Positions 1 to 13,579 of a DNA stretch of 64,000 nt are shown here, piece by piece (position 1 is the stretch's first letter; each line of letters starts with the position of its first letter). The DNA lies in NCBI GenBank assembly GCA_012295275.1, contig CM022665.1, positions 32,116,001 to 32,180,000 on the forward strand, in the 5' to 3' direction. The notes beneath the pieces were generated by a model. It saw only the letters and a list, made by a program, of their open reading frames with translations, was not told where the DNA came from and searched no databases. The stretch comes from Chrysomallon squamiferum. Taxonomy: Eukaryota > Animalia > Mollusca. Both the position numbers and the translations under genes were made by a program.

Positions 1-1662
1 ATATAATAAATGACTAATCTATGGTATTATCCAAATTTTTTTTTTTTTTTAAAGTCAAATTCTTTGTCATTATTATATTTTATTTTCAAAGAATTTCTTC
101 TAACCATTTTACATTTTCTTCAAAATTAAATTATTCTGAGAATGTTTATCAATCAGTCATTTATCCATTATTTTAAACTGAAAGATTTCATTAAATGGTT
201 AAGTGCTCATTTGGTGAAAACTAAACTAAAAGATCAACAGAATGAACAAATATATTTAAAAGACTGAGCATATCCTTTGAAGTCATATCATGTCTGTTTT
301 AATTCATCATTTCACAGGAAGAGGCTGTCAGTTCAGCTCTATTAAACTTGATAGTTTCCATGTCAGTTTGCCCACTCAGGTCTTAAAACATAACTGTTTG
401 AAATGACCTGTGATGAAGAGATTTTTGTGTGTTTTTTATGTTACATTATGAAAAATTATTTTATTGTTTTATAATAATAACAACAATAATAACAGTAGTA
501 GCAGTAGTAATCCTCCTCCTCCTCCTCATAATAATAATAATAGCAATAATAATAAAATAATAATAAAAATAATAATAGTAACAGTAATAATAATATAAAA
601 AATAATAATAATAATAATAATTTTTGAACAAAAGGAAAAATAAAAAAACAAGAAATTCACTTAAATCATTATTTAGACTTCCCCTATACTGACTGTGTTC
701 ATCTTAGCATTCACTATGCTGTGAGTTGTAACAAAATCTCTACTGTATGATTGCTATATTTCATCCGTTCAATATGATGCCTGGGAAACATTTCTTTTAT
801 CATGATTCAGATTTTTTCCATTATGTCTTTAAGAAATAAATTATGTAAAATGTAACTAATTAGAGAATTATTATAAAATGGGTATTTATTCTACAATACT
901 TTCCAACTAAACCTATAAACAAAATATGAAGATGAAATTAGCTAATGAATTATATATAAAATCAGATGTTTTGTACTACTTAAGTCAGGCAGGATCTCAT
1001 CACCTGTATGTTATTTGTTACCTGAAGAGTGATCAGCTGACATTACACCACTGAAATACCAATCTTTAACCACTCACAAAACACAAACACTTGGAAAACT
1101 AATTAGATGTTTATAAGATGTATTACAGAAACTTTCACATCCATCCTAGTTATGTATGACCTTTTAATTTGCAAGGAGAAATATTCTATAACAAACAAAA
1201 AAAAAAAATGTATGTAAATAATAAAAAACTGAAATATCCAATGTGTATGTGTATGTATAAAGAAGTACACTTTAGATTGACATAATTTTGAAGAATAGAT
1301 AAATTCTAAAACATTTCCATCATTCATGCAAAACTATCTGATAATTCTGAAAATTCACTGTTGAAGATGTACATAACACTTTTTTTTAAATTTTAAATAT
1401 ACTAATAACAAAAAAAAGAAGAAGAAATAAATAAATACAAAAAGAAAGAAAGAAAGAAAGAAAGAAGAAAATAAAGGAATAAATAATATGAGCTATAAGA
1501 ACATTTTTGTGATTGCAAAAGCAATTGACCAGATTTTGTAAAGGCTATGTTTCTGACCCACACATAATCCCACCCCCCAAAATATAAAATAACATTTCAG
1601 TTCAAGATTGTATAACAGTCTTGACCCTTAGCATTTTTGCTATGTAATTCTATTAATTAATA

Positions 1663-1695
<33 letters not shown>

Positions 1696-1936
1696 GAGAG
1701 AACATTAATAAATATAACAGATGCTCAGAAATTAAACAAAAATCTTTTCATAGTGAAAACATTTACATCTGTATCTGTATACATCATGTACAATACATCC
1801 TGCCTCACAACAACCACTGATTAAATACTATATTATTATGCTCGCTCTCTCTCTCTCTCTCTCTCTGTGTCTCACATTCTCTCGTTAGATTTTCAAATTA
1901 ATAAAAATGAAACAAAACTTGTAACAAAATACCTAC

Positions 1937-2005
1937 CTCAGCTTCTTCCTTATTTTTTCTCACTGTTTTTAATTTTATCTTGAACTTAGCAAGATAAGTA
2001 GCCTT
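1937..2005 (-). CDS. Candidate alternative exon of the minus-strand gene, KATYLAKFKIKLKTVRKNKEEAE
   Basis: Acceptor tgtttcAG, donor GAG|GTAGGT; 69 nt, open only in phase 0, with stops in the other two frames. Confidence 0.35.
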
Positions 2006-2379
2006 CTGAAACATTATTGTAATATCCACAACACAGATGAAACTGGTACCTATAATATTCAGTTCATTGTTCTTCAAGGATTTTGCAATAAAATATCACA
2101 CCAAGTTTTTTTGTGGTTGTTAAAGATAAATGAGAAATCCATACAGAAATATGTTACACTGTGTCCAAATTTAGGTGTGTATATCTATATAATTATAGTA
2201 ATCAGTAGACTTGTCATCTCCCAGTAAAACACAATTTTTTCTATTAAAAAGATCTGTATTGTTTTATAATTAAGCACAAGGTGGAGTTGTTTTCCATCAC
2301 TTAAGAAATTTTCAACATGTTAATATAGTTTAACTTTTCGAAAAACAAAAACTTTATTGTAATATACTAGTATACAAAA

Positions 2380-2850
2380 AGGCAATATCCAAGATGGTTA
2401 TATCCATAATTACTATATACAAGATCTTAATAAAGTATATAATTTAACAATGGTTATGTTTATATAAACAAAATGAGAATATCCATGTGATAATATCTAA
2501 GATTATTACATCCAAAAATAATTATATATAAGATGTATATGAAGTAAAATAGATAATGCTTATGTATATATATCCAAAGTGAAAATTTTGAAGATAACTA
2601 TATACAGTAAGGTTTTATCCAAAGTGACTATATCGACAGGTTAATAACATAATAACATACTATGTATCCAAAATAATATAAAAAATAATTATGTCCAAAT
2701 TTTTTTTATCGAAAACGATTATAGCAAGATGTCAGCAAACTGAAATAATTATGTTATATATCCAAAATGATACCAAAGATCCAAGGTAACTGTATCCAAA
2801 ATGACAGGATATTAATAAAATAAAATGGTTATGGTATATATCCAGAATAA
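2380..2850. repeat. Decayed minisatellite (about 15-bp TATATCCAARATG core with 80-105 bp higher-order period)
   Basis: Many ATATCCAA cores; ATGGTTATG..TATATATCCAAA-like blocks at about 2450, 2556, 2655, 2745 and 2825. Confidence 0.6.
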
Positions 2851-3045
2851 CTCTATTAACAGTTCACCCGTCTTATTCCTGGAGGTAAAAAACAAAAAGT
2901 ATTCTATGACTTTCTCCACACACCTGAAGATCATAGCCAGTTTCTAACAATCCACACAATATGTGCAATTCTGATTCATCAGTTTGTTTTTTCTCCCCAC
3001 AACCTATCTCTGTAACAAGAACACCCCCTGGTAAGTTACTCTCAC

Positions 3046-3117
3046 CTTCCAGTATTGAACAACTTGAAACCATAGGGCAAACAAATGAATCAAGCTGGAA
3101 AGAAACTCCATCATTTC
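3046..3117 (-). CDS. Candidate alternative exon of the minus-strand gene, (E)MMEFLSSLIHLFALWFQVVQYWK
   Basis: Acceptor tttttattctatgtttcaaatAG, donor AAG|GTGAGA; 72 nt, open in phase 0, contains ATGATG; hydrophobic/aromatic product. Confidence 0.35.
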
Positions 3118-5174
3118 CTATTTGAAACATAGAATAAAAAGCTGGATTCTGTCAGATTAACCTACTGATCTATGTAATATAAACAGTTTACATAACAAGT
3201 TTATACTAGTGAATTTTGATCTTTGTTTTTCTGTATCCATACTTGAAGAAATGCAATACTTGTGACAGGTGATAGTAAAAATAACATTAGAAAACTGGAA
3301 TAAGAATGAGTTAATTAAAATATGGAAGTAAAACTGTTGTAGAAAATGTTGGGGCTATGTAGAATGTTTTTTGTTTTATTTGTTTATTTTTAAATTATTT
3401 TTGTTACTTCATAAAAACAAAATTCAAAACAATTAGAAAAACATTTTGTACTATCAATAAAATCAAATTAATTTCTGTATAGTTGATTATACTTATTTAT
3501 TTAAAATAAAATTAGAATTATAAAAATTACAAGAGTTTAAATATTATAAACTTTATTTAAATATTATAAACTTTACATCAAAACATACACTACAACCTGA
3601 TAAGAAAACAACATAAAATACCAAAGAAATATATGTATATATATACTGTGGTAACCTCAAGATTAAATAATAAATTTTGTAACTATTTCTTCAGTTCTGA
3701 ATTATATTTAAGAACCCCTAAAAATAGAAATGAAAAAAATAAAACATGAAGTTACTTATTTTATCGCCATGATAATTCATTGTAATCAGACCTCATTTCC
3801 TGAACACACAAGCAATTTGGAATGATCAACTTGCTACATGTGCAGCTAATCATAAAAATACCACCTATTAAAACCAACATGAGAAAATTGTTTTTGAAAC
3901 TCATCTCAATCAGAGGTAAATAGTTTCTGTCAGGTAAGCACAACCAGAGAGTGAACAGTTTCTCATTCACACAAGTAACACTGTTAGCTGTGTTCCATGT
4001 TCCAGTGGAGAACTCACAGGCTGAACTGGCGCCAGAATGTTACCTTGGATTTCAGATATTCTTTAACAAAATTATTTTTAATGACTGTTTTCTGTGCCTC
4101 TTCTCATTAGTGTTTGATGTTTGATGATTTAGTTGCTTTAATGGAATGGCAGCTTAAAAACAGGGGGGAAACAAAAAGTTTTTTAATTGGAAATTCCTAA
4201 CTAAAATGTAATCCTTTGGTAACTTTGTAAAACATACTGGAAATAACCTTTAATGAGTAGTGCTTTTGCACAGAAAGGCCTTGTGTTTAGAGCATGATGT
4301 TTAAAAGGGCCTGGAATACCTTGACCTAAATACTTTCCAGAATAAATTAATCTTGCCTTATTAATATGTTTCAGTTTTTATGCAACCCAAAAGCAATTAA
4401 ATGGAAATTTTTGACATAATATAATTATTTGGTACTTTGGAAATATGCTTTGGAAATATCATAATATTAGCAGTTCACTTCACAAGTAAATTTAATTTAA
4501 TTAAAAAATAATATATATCTTTATTTTGTAAAGAAAAGTTTTCATGAATAAATTAATAATCTATAGCATCTATAGTATGTGTTTGTTTTTGTCAAACATA
4601 AATATAATTCATATTATTTATATAAAATTTTTATAAAACTGTTTTGAATAATAAAGAGATCTGTGACTAAATTTTTACTGAGATCATAGTGAAGTTGTTA
4701 TTATTAAAAGGAAAAAGCATTGAAAACCCAGTATTTTTATTACATTATTATTATTATTAATGTTGTCAATTTTATTGTTGTTGTTGTTGTTGTTGTTCTC
4801 CTTTTTCTTCTTATTATTATTCATTTTATTTTTTCTTGTGAAGAACACCTTTTTACAAACTATAATAGTAAAACCAATCCTTTCTCTTTCACCATTATAT
4901 TAACACTTGTCCATATGGAATTGGATGTTGAAAGAGGAAAAAAAAATCATCTCCACCCTTACTGTTTTTATGCTTGTTTCCCGAAACATGTCAACACATT
5001 ATCTCACAACCCTTCAACAAATAAACTCACAGTCAGACATGATATTTACCTTCCACACCTTGTTAGCTGCATATACCATACAACCTGATAAGATAATTTT
5101 TTTTATTGTTTGACATCATGGAAAATAATGCATGATCCACTGAAATAACAGCAGGAACTTGTGCACTGAAGTTT

Positions 5175-5380
5175 TACATTATATGTTCTATGTTTTGGTT
5201 ATATGGTCTATATTTTGGTTTTATTTTCTACATTTGATGCTATGTTCTGTATTTTGGTTATAATTATGTTCTATATTTTGGATATTTATTCTATTTACTG
5301 TTTTATCTTCTAGATTTTCTTATTATGTTCCATATTTTGTTATATGTTCTATATTATGGTCAACTGTTCTATATTTTGTT
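5175..5380. repeat. Decayed minisatellite of about 19-20 bp (TATGTTCTATATTTTGGTT)
   Basis: About ten GTTCTATATTTTG-like units are visible. Confidence 0.7.
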
Positions 5381-8300
5381 GTAAGGGAATAGTGAATAGA
5401 ATTTAAAATTGATTTAATTAATAATTATTAAAGATTAAAATATATGCATATGTGCTATTTGAAACTGATATATGCATTATCAAGTCTTAGATTACAAGTT
5501 TATAAAAAAAATATTGTAATGAATTATAAAATAGGTAGAACAACTTTGTTTAACTCAACAACAATAAAATCAAGAAACAGTATACTGTTTCCTATCCCAC
5601 AGTAATGATATAAAATAAAGTAAAATGTATTACCTTTAACAACAACAAGAAAGGAAAGAAAAGAGAAAAGAAATTTGATTAAGCCAAGCTTTTCAGAAAT
5701 GGTTATAATAGAACCTGAAGTAAATGAAAAACATATTACTCGGGGTGTGGGTGTCAGTTTACTTTATGACACTTTAGTATACATTGAAAATCAGGTAAAG
5801 CCTGCTTGTGTTTTGTTCTGACCTTTCCACAGCAGGAAATTACACTTATTTCCATATTTACATTGCATACACGATTATATTTGCCTAGTGTATGATAGAA
5901 TGTCAGTCACAGTGCCAAAGAGTTCTCCAATATAGATGACATGTAAAACACTTTATCTGATTTGTGACTCCAGGGTGGGCCAACAACCTCATGCCTTCCC
6001 ACCTTATATTGTACTAAACAAAAGGTGTTTTTCTTAATAATTAAATTCATTTCATATTTTAAAAAGTACACCCATGATGATGTGGGCACACCATCCCCTT
6101 TTCTGAAATGCTGGACCCTCTCTTGAATTGTCTAATGCATGTTTTAAAGACTAAGATATGGTTTTCATATGTAAAACTGCTTTAGAAAATCAACAGATGT
6201 AACTTAGCAAGTGACCTGTTTTACCTGAACCAAGCTGAAATCACAGGCAACATGAGGAAATGGTTACTAGAATCACTGTGGAAATATTAGAAACATTTCA
6301 TCACTTGTACTCAGTCTGTGAGATCTTGCACTTGGGATCTTTAGGTTTCTGTTGATTCAGATTAGTGTGTTGATATGACAATAAATATATTAAAATAAAC
6401 ACATACAGATAAACATACATGTACTTGTACATATATTTATATTTAATTCACACAAGAATACACATTCACATCTATATTTAAGACGCAATATAAACAGATA
6501 TGTAGACATACATACTCTGCTTCTACATTTACACACACACACACACACACAACACGCTTTTTTAAATACATTTATGTAATCAAACACATATGCCTGAAAA
6601 GTATACATAGAGATGTCAAATTCTTAAACATGATTTTAAGATGTGAATCACTGATTTTATTTTATTATTATGTTTTTAATATGTACCTTAATTTTAATTA
6701 ACTGTCTTAAATTAAATCAAATGTATTGTTAAATAGTTTTCTACTTTTATATGTATATCAAATGTTTTGATTCAAACTCTAACTTTCAATATGTAGGTAC
6801 GTTACAAAGTAAAAGATATAAAAATATTCTTTTATGAATATTATGAATATTTTCAAATAAATGTTTACATTTCTATCCATAATAACTATGAATATGTTTT
6901 GATTTTATTTATTTTTATTATAAAATCTATCCAGTTAGGTAACAAATTAGCCTATCAGTAAAGCAAAAGAAAAAGAAAAATTAAGCTGACAGCAATATAA
7001 AAATATAGAATGACATAAAAAGTATAAAAATATGGATACTCAGTCTTTATAATTGTTTGTTACTTCTTTAACAAAATAAGAGTAGCTATTTTATTTGACA
7101 AAATAAATCTGATTTTATAGTACGTTAACAGATTTTTAGAGAGTATCATCTGTTTAGTTATGACTCTAAATATCAGCTATATTATAATCAGGGGTACTGA
7201 TAAAAAAATTATATATATTCAGTTCAAATTTTAATTACTTGTAAAAATTCTTTTATTTATTACAATTTACTGCAGTTGTCTCTACTTCATCCATTATTTT
7301 TGATAATGTATACATAATTAAATAAATATCAAAATGTGTGTTTAATGATATGTATAAATTCTATAATTATATTTCATACAGTTCAAGTGATTCTTCTGAA
7401 CTTGATTACAAACATAATAAAAAATAAAAAATAATAATAGCAAGTTTATGAAGAAGACAGAGACTGATATTCTCTTTTTTATTACTGCATCCTGAGAAAT
7501 ATAAAAAATCCTCAACAGACTGAGGATACAGCAAGTTAACAGTGATTATTATGTTGAATGTATTTAGGCCATGTTTGGTTGTTCCACCAAATGTTAACCA
7601 TAGATCAGCATATTTGTATATTAAGTAACTATTACCATATGTCAAATACATTATTTATGTAATAAATGAAAAATAATATATATTTACTATAGTAATGTCA
7701 CAATTACCCACTTCATGCTATCTGAGATTCATTCTCAAATAGCAGTGGATGGGGCTAGGACTCTCAGAAAATAACCTGCTGACAGCTTATAAAAAGATTT
7801 CTATGAATAAACCTTTTTGATGATGTTCTGCACACATTTCCATGCATCCTTCCTTTCAAAATTTTAATTTCTATTAACCAGAAATATTCCCAATTTTCTT
7901 GCGAAAAAAAGTTAAAATCTGCCTTACAAAATTATCCATGTTAACTTAGAATGCAAATGATTGTTTTAAAAATACATAGGCATTCATTCGATTATTTATT
8001 TAACTTCATTTCTTCCAAATTTTATGGATATCTGTTGTAGCAAACATGGTTTATTTAACTGCAAATAATGTTGATCAAAATTCTTTGTTATAGTAATGGA
8101 CATCTGTTTTTGGGTCAAACAAATGCTGCCCTCTGATTGGTAGACAGCATTTGTCTACCTCATGTAAAAACTACATGAATGCTTTTGTTTATACTCTAAC
8201 TCTGTTCTCAACTATTTTTTGGATGTTTCCTTTGGCTTCAACTAAATAAATAATTGTTTACACTTCTCTTTTATACATTAAGGAGATATAGGCATTTTTA

Positions 8301-9187
8301 TCAGTTTTTTGTTGACTCTGGATCACAGTATTTGTCCAATTAACTTATTAAAACAATAGGCACAAATTGGTACATTTTCCAGCATCCAAAATTGCCACAA
8401 CTTCTTTAATTTTCTAGATATTTCTAAAAGTTTAGTCTTGTTTTATTTGATTCTTAAGGCTCTATCCAGCGAAATTTGTTCGTAACATACCTATATTATG
8501 TCCATTGTCTAAAGATAATAAATTAAGCCATATATGGTGCAATCTAAATAACACAAATATTCTCTCGCTCTCTCTCAGATATTATTTATTACAAATATTT
8601 TCAGGTATTTTTTTTTTTTAAGATCATAGAGTAATTTTCACAACTTTTAAAAATCAACTCCTAAATATACAATATCTATCTAAACTGTAATTTGAGTTGG
8701 GAAAATTCTAACCTTTGTAGAGAATTACAAATTTAAAAATGAGTAGCAGTTTTGTAATTCAAGATAAAACAGTTATGTTATATTTTAAGTATTAGAAACT
8801 AATAAACAGTGGTGTGGTTTTCCTACTTACTTGAGATGTTAATAAATTAAAAAATTATCAACAGCTTCAGCAGTAATCAAGGTGGATATGTGATAACTTT
8901 ACCCACAAATAAATATATAACCCATAAATCATTATAAATAATTTTATCCATATCTTGGTGAATAGGCCTAATTTTAGCCATTATCAGTATGGATACTATT
9001 ATAATACTATACCATAATCAAATGGTAGATAAGTTCCATCATACTATGATGAATAAATATGCCCACCTTCATTTTGGATACCTTTACCCTTAATCAGTGT
9101 GGATAAGTATGCCTATATTTCATCCAGAAATATCCTTGGTTCCAATGAGTTTCCAGATTATCAGTTTTTCCAGATCAAAAGATGTGG

Positions 9188-9222
<35 letters not shown>

Positions 9223-11679
9223 ACACAACACAAAACAAACAATACAAAACAACAAAACAATACAACAATACACTTCTGAGCAACTATCTTTCAAAGCACA
9301 GTGAACTGCTAGAAATTTAAATTAAAAAATATTAAGCATAAATTAAATGATTAAATGAAATATATTAGCATAAATGGTACAAATTTATTAATACAGCCTG
9401 TATCAATAAAATCAAATTATTAAATTTAAAAAAATAAAAACAAAATAAACAAATTAAATATGCTAATTTCATTCAGTTTAGAAGAAGTTATGCACCACCA
9501 TTGTCTTGAAAATTGATTGTGTGCCTGTAATAAATTTCACCTACAAATATGGTGGCCATTTATATCTTTATTGAAATTATTTCAATGAACTGAACCAGTG
9601 AAACCACTGAAGTCAGGTAACAGGAGCAACATGTTGACTTCTACTTAGTAACACCTGAACAGTTAATACTGTCTGTGAAACACCTGTTACTACAGGCAGA
9701 GGGTGTGGGAAGGTAACTGCTGTGTAGTGTTTGTTTTTGTGTGTTCAACAGATTAATAAGTGTTAGTTTATTGATTACTGATTGCACATTTTCTAATTTG
9801 TAAACTGAAATTGTTTTCAGTCAAATATTCATCTGGTGTTACTGCATGATGTTGATAGGAACTGGGTATAAATTTTAATCTGTTTTATAAATAATAATAA
9901 TCATAATAAATAGATAAATAAATACATAAATTCATTGAAATAAATGAATAATTACAATGCTTCAATGAAATAAATTAATAATTAGGACTTCACTGAAATA
10001 AATAAGTAAAATAAATTATTTCATTAAAAAAAACAACACACCAAAACAAATATAAATATATAAAATACTTCACTGAAATAAGTCAAATAAATTATTTCAT
10101 TAAAAAACTAATATAAATAAATAAATAAATAAAGCAAGAAAATAAGTATATAAATATTTTCTTAAAAGTAAAAGAGAAAAATAAAATAATCTCTTTGATG
10201 GCTGAAAGAAATTAGAAGGAAAGAAATTAATAAAAAAAACTAAATTAAATAAAAAAAATAAAATGAAATGAACTGAAATAAAAAAAAAATAATAAAATAA
10301 AGTAAAATAAAAAATAAAAAATTAAAAATTTTATAACAATAAATTTCTTGAGACAGTAATGGAATCATCATTAAAACAAAATATTTCTCATAAATATTAT
10401 TATTTTTCTCTCTCAGTACCGTTTTTCACTTAAATATTAATGATTTTCTTTCTCACATTGTGACAGTTATAATATTACATGGATTTTACCTAATTAACTG
10501 CAAGTTGTTACTGATGTTGTTGTTGTTTTTTGTGTGTTTGTTTGTGGATCAGTCCTCCTAAATACTTCTGATAGTCTATTTCCCATTTCAGCCAGTGTCA
10601 CACATTACTGGTTTATCAATGGCTGCAGTTTTTGGATCCTGTCTATGGATAGATTTTTATAAAATATCCCTTGCTGTTACTTGAAAAGAGTAATCTATTC
10701 TGTAACAGCAATGGACTTCCTTATTATCTCACTGATCCTTAACAACATTATGTATGTACAATGCCTTGTAAGTTTACAGGGTACTTGGTTTATCATTAAA
10801 CTTTACTTGTTGTTATGCTCTATTACACATTTTACTGTCATCATCATAGATGCTTTAATGATACTTAACAGAAAAAGTAACATTTTTATAAATGTTATAT
10901 CTTGCCAACACAATGTTTATTTGTAAAATTTATTTTTCTACACAGTAGTTAATGTAGTTTTTGAGAATGAAATTACTGAGAATATAATAACATCACTGAC
11001 AGATGATTGGATTAAAGTATCTGCATATACTGATTTCAATATTATATCCCCAAATCACTTGTATTTAATGCCAATAACAGAAATTACTTAACAAATAATT
11101 ATTTATTTTATGTGTTTTGTAAAAATGTTTTTATTATTTTATTTGTTATGGGTCCTCAAATATATATATATTAACAAACTAAAAAATATTTACATATACA
11201 AAGATAGACAAACATGCATACATGTTTACATACAAACACATACAAAAATCTATAAATATACAAAGACACAAATAAAACCACAACCCAATATTCTCACGTT
11301 ATATGCACACATGCTTCAGTGACCACAAGTATCTATATTTAGATGTGTCTATGTCAGTTTATCACAACCTGATTAATCACTCCTGATGGTGGTGTGTATT
11401 TAAAAACCTTGTTGGAAAAACAATGTTATTTCTACAGTTTTATTGTGTTTGATGTAATAACCAGCAATTAACTTGTTCTGGCAATTAACTTTAATGAGTC
11501 AGATAATCCTGGTTAATTTGTCTTTGTGTGCCTTGATGGTTGATACAGTGGGCTTTAGACAAAGGTTGCTATATACATATCTTTACAGGAGCTTTAATCT
11601 AGTGTTAATAGCAGCTTTGCTTAGCACATTAAAAACAATTTCAGTGATCTTTGGTTATCACACGGTTGGATACCAGAAG

Positions 11680-12192
11680 TGCCATATCCTATCCTAAGTC
11701 AACAGATAGCTAAGATTTGTGTCCTAGCACAAAGTCCTATCAAAGGCTTACAGTAGGTCAGTACTTTGGCACCAAATACTATCCAAAGTCATCAGAACGC
11801 TAAGATTTACATTTTGGCACCAAGTACTATCCAAAGTTATCTGATAGCAAGGATTTGCCTTGGCACCAAATACTAACCACTGTCATCAGACAGATAGGAT
11901 TTACATATTCTGGCACCAAATACAATCCAAAATCATCAGTTATCTAGGACTTTCATTTTAGAACCATGTACTAATAAAAATCATCAGATAGCTAGAATTT
12001 GTATTTTGGCTCCAAATATTATCCATAAGCTGACTGTAGGATTGTATTTAGGCATCAAATATTATCCAAAATCATCAGAGAGCTAGGACTTGCATTTTGG
12101 CACTCAATATTATCCAAAGGCTAAAAGAAGGATTGTATTCTGGAACCAAGTACTGTCTAAAGTTGTCAGACAGCTAGGATCTGCATTTTGGT
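11680..12192. repeat. Degenerate minisatellite, about 11 copies of a 43-50 bp unit (GGCACCAAATACTATCCAAAGTCATCAGATAGCTAGGATTTGCATTTT)
   Basis: GGCACCAA-like anchors at about 11768, 11816, 11862, 11912, 11960, 12008, 12051, 12099, 12142 and 12190. Confidence 0.85.
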
Positions 12193-12739
12193 AGGAAGTC
12201 ATATGTAAAGCCATCAGCCTAAATGGTACAAGGATTGCTGAATTCAGTATTATTGTATGTGTGATCTTTCATGTAAGATTTACTATCGTCAAATAGGACA
12301 ATTTTGAATGTTATTTAAAAGTTGACTTCCAAAAAATAATTGACAGTTTCTTTAGATAAAATATGGTTAGAAATATCAAAGGTAAATTTCTTTAAGCACA
12401 AATAGCAATTGTTTCTATCATATGAAAATACTACATATATAATCATATTATAATTATATATAATTTATTCTAAAAAAAAAAAATACAGTTTATAAATAAA
12501 AACTATAGAACAATACTAGTAAATTCTTAGAACAGCTTATTAAAATAAGGCAAACATAAACCATCTTGTGATTAGGACAATAATTATACACAATATATGA
12601 CACTGTGACTCCAAAAGCCACCTTTTAAAACAATGCAAAAATTTACTCAAATGAATGCAGAGCAGAATGTATAATAAAAGTTGATTTCCAGATAACATTA
12701 TATAATTTAATACAATAAAGAATGCACCATTTTAGAAAT

Positions 12740-12970
12740 TTTTGAAACACCTTCTTAGGATACTCCTGAGATTCTAACCTAAGTTTGGAATAACTGCCTT
12801 CATTAAAGGCTGACAATTTTTAATTTAGATATTTCAACATTCAGCTTTTGAACTTCTGTCACCTTATATTAAAGGTGTGACTAAATTTACATAAATATTT
12901 AACAGCCTCAGTTTGGAGTCACTGCCTCACTTCAAAGGTGTAGTGGCCTCTACATGAATATTTAATAAAT
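12740..12970. repeat. Decayed tandem repeat of about 65 bp
   Basis: GTTTGGA..ACTGCCT...AAAGG.TG..ATATTT.AAC recurs about three times. Confidence 0.45.
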
Positions 12971-13579
12971 CGCAGATTCTTTTGACTTTGATTTGGTGTA
13001 ACAAATGACTGCCCCCCAATAAGATGAAATCTGCTGAATATGATAATTACACTGCAGCTAAAGACCTGTGACATGCAAGGAAGCAATCATTACTTAGCAA
13101 AGTGATTATTAAAATATGAAGAAGTAAATCTATTTCAACCAGCTCTCCATTTAAATATTTCAGAATGTCCCTGCAGTTATTGAATGCCAGGTTCACCAAT
13201 GTCAGAAAACATACTTAAGCAAGTAGTTTTTATTTTTAAATAAAATGTTGCCTGCAGCTCAAATCATTATTATCCTGATAAATATTTGTATCATTATTAT
13301 TATCATTTCTGTTAAAAAAAAAATTATGTTCTCTTTTATTGCTTGAATGTTGTATTTTATTTGAAGTAACTTGTTATAAATTTAATAATAATAATGACAT
13401 TAAGATGAGGATGAATAGAAATAAGAAAATGAAGAAGTCTTAGAAGATAAGAAGAAAATAATATGAAGAAGAAGAAAAAAAGAAAAGGAAGAAAAAGAAG
13501 AGTTAGAAGGAGCAGAAGAAGATAAACATTAACAAAAGAAAACTAACAGTTGCACTGTAATGCATTTTTAAGATTATTA

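Noticed and set aside
2873-3130. 85-aa minus ORF as a standalone gene
   Set aside because: No recognisable homology; the splice-bounded 72-nt segment read in another frame fits the host intron phase better.
4720-5113. 122-aa hydrophobic ORF
   Set aside because: The hydrophobicity comes from (ATT)n/(GTT)n repeats, the start is non-ATG and there is no splice support. The poly-Y, poly-K, poly-F and CVCV ORFs elsewhere are similar.
11680-12192. CRISPR-like regularly spaced repeats
   Set aside because: The units are similar along their whole length with no unique spacers, there are no cas genes, and the context is a eukaryotic intron. It is a minisatellite.
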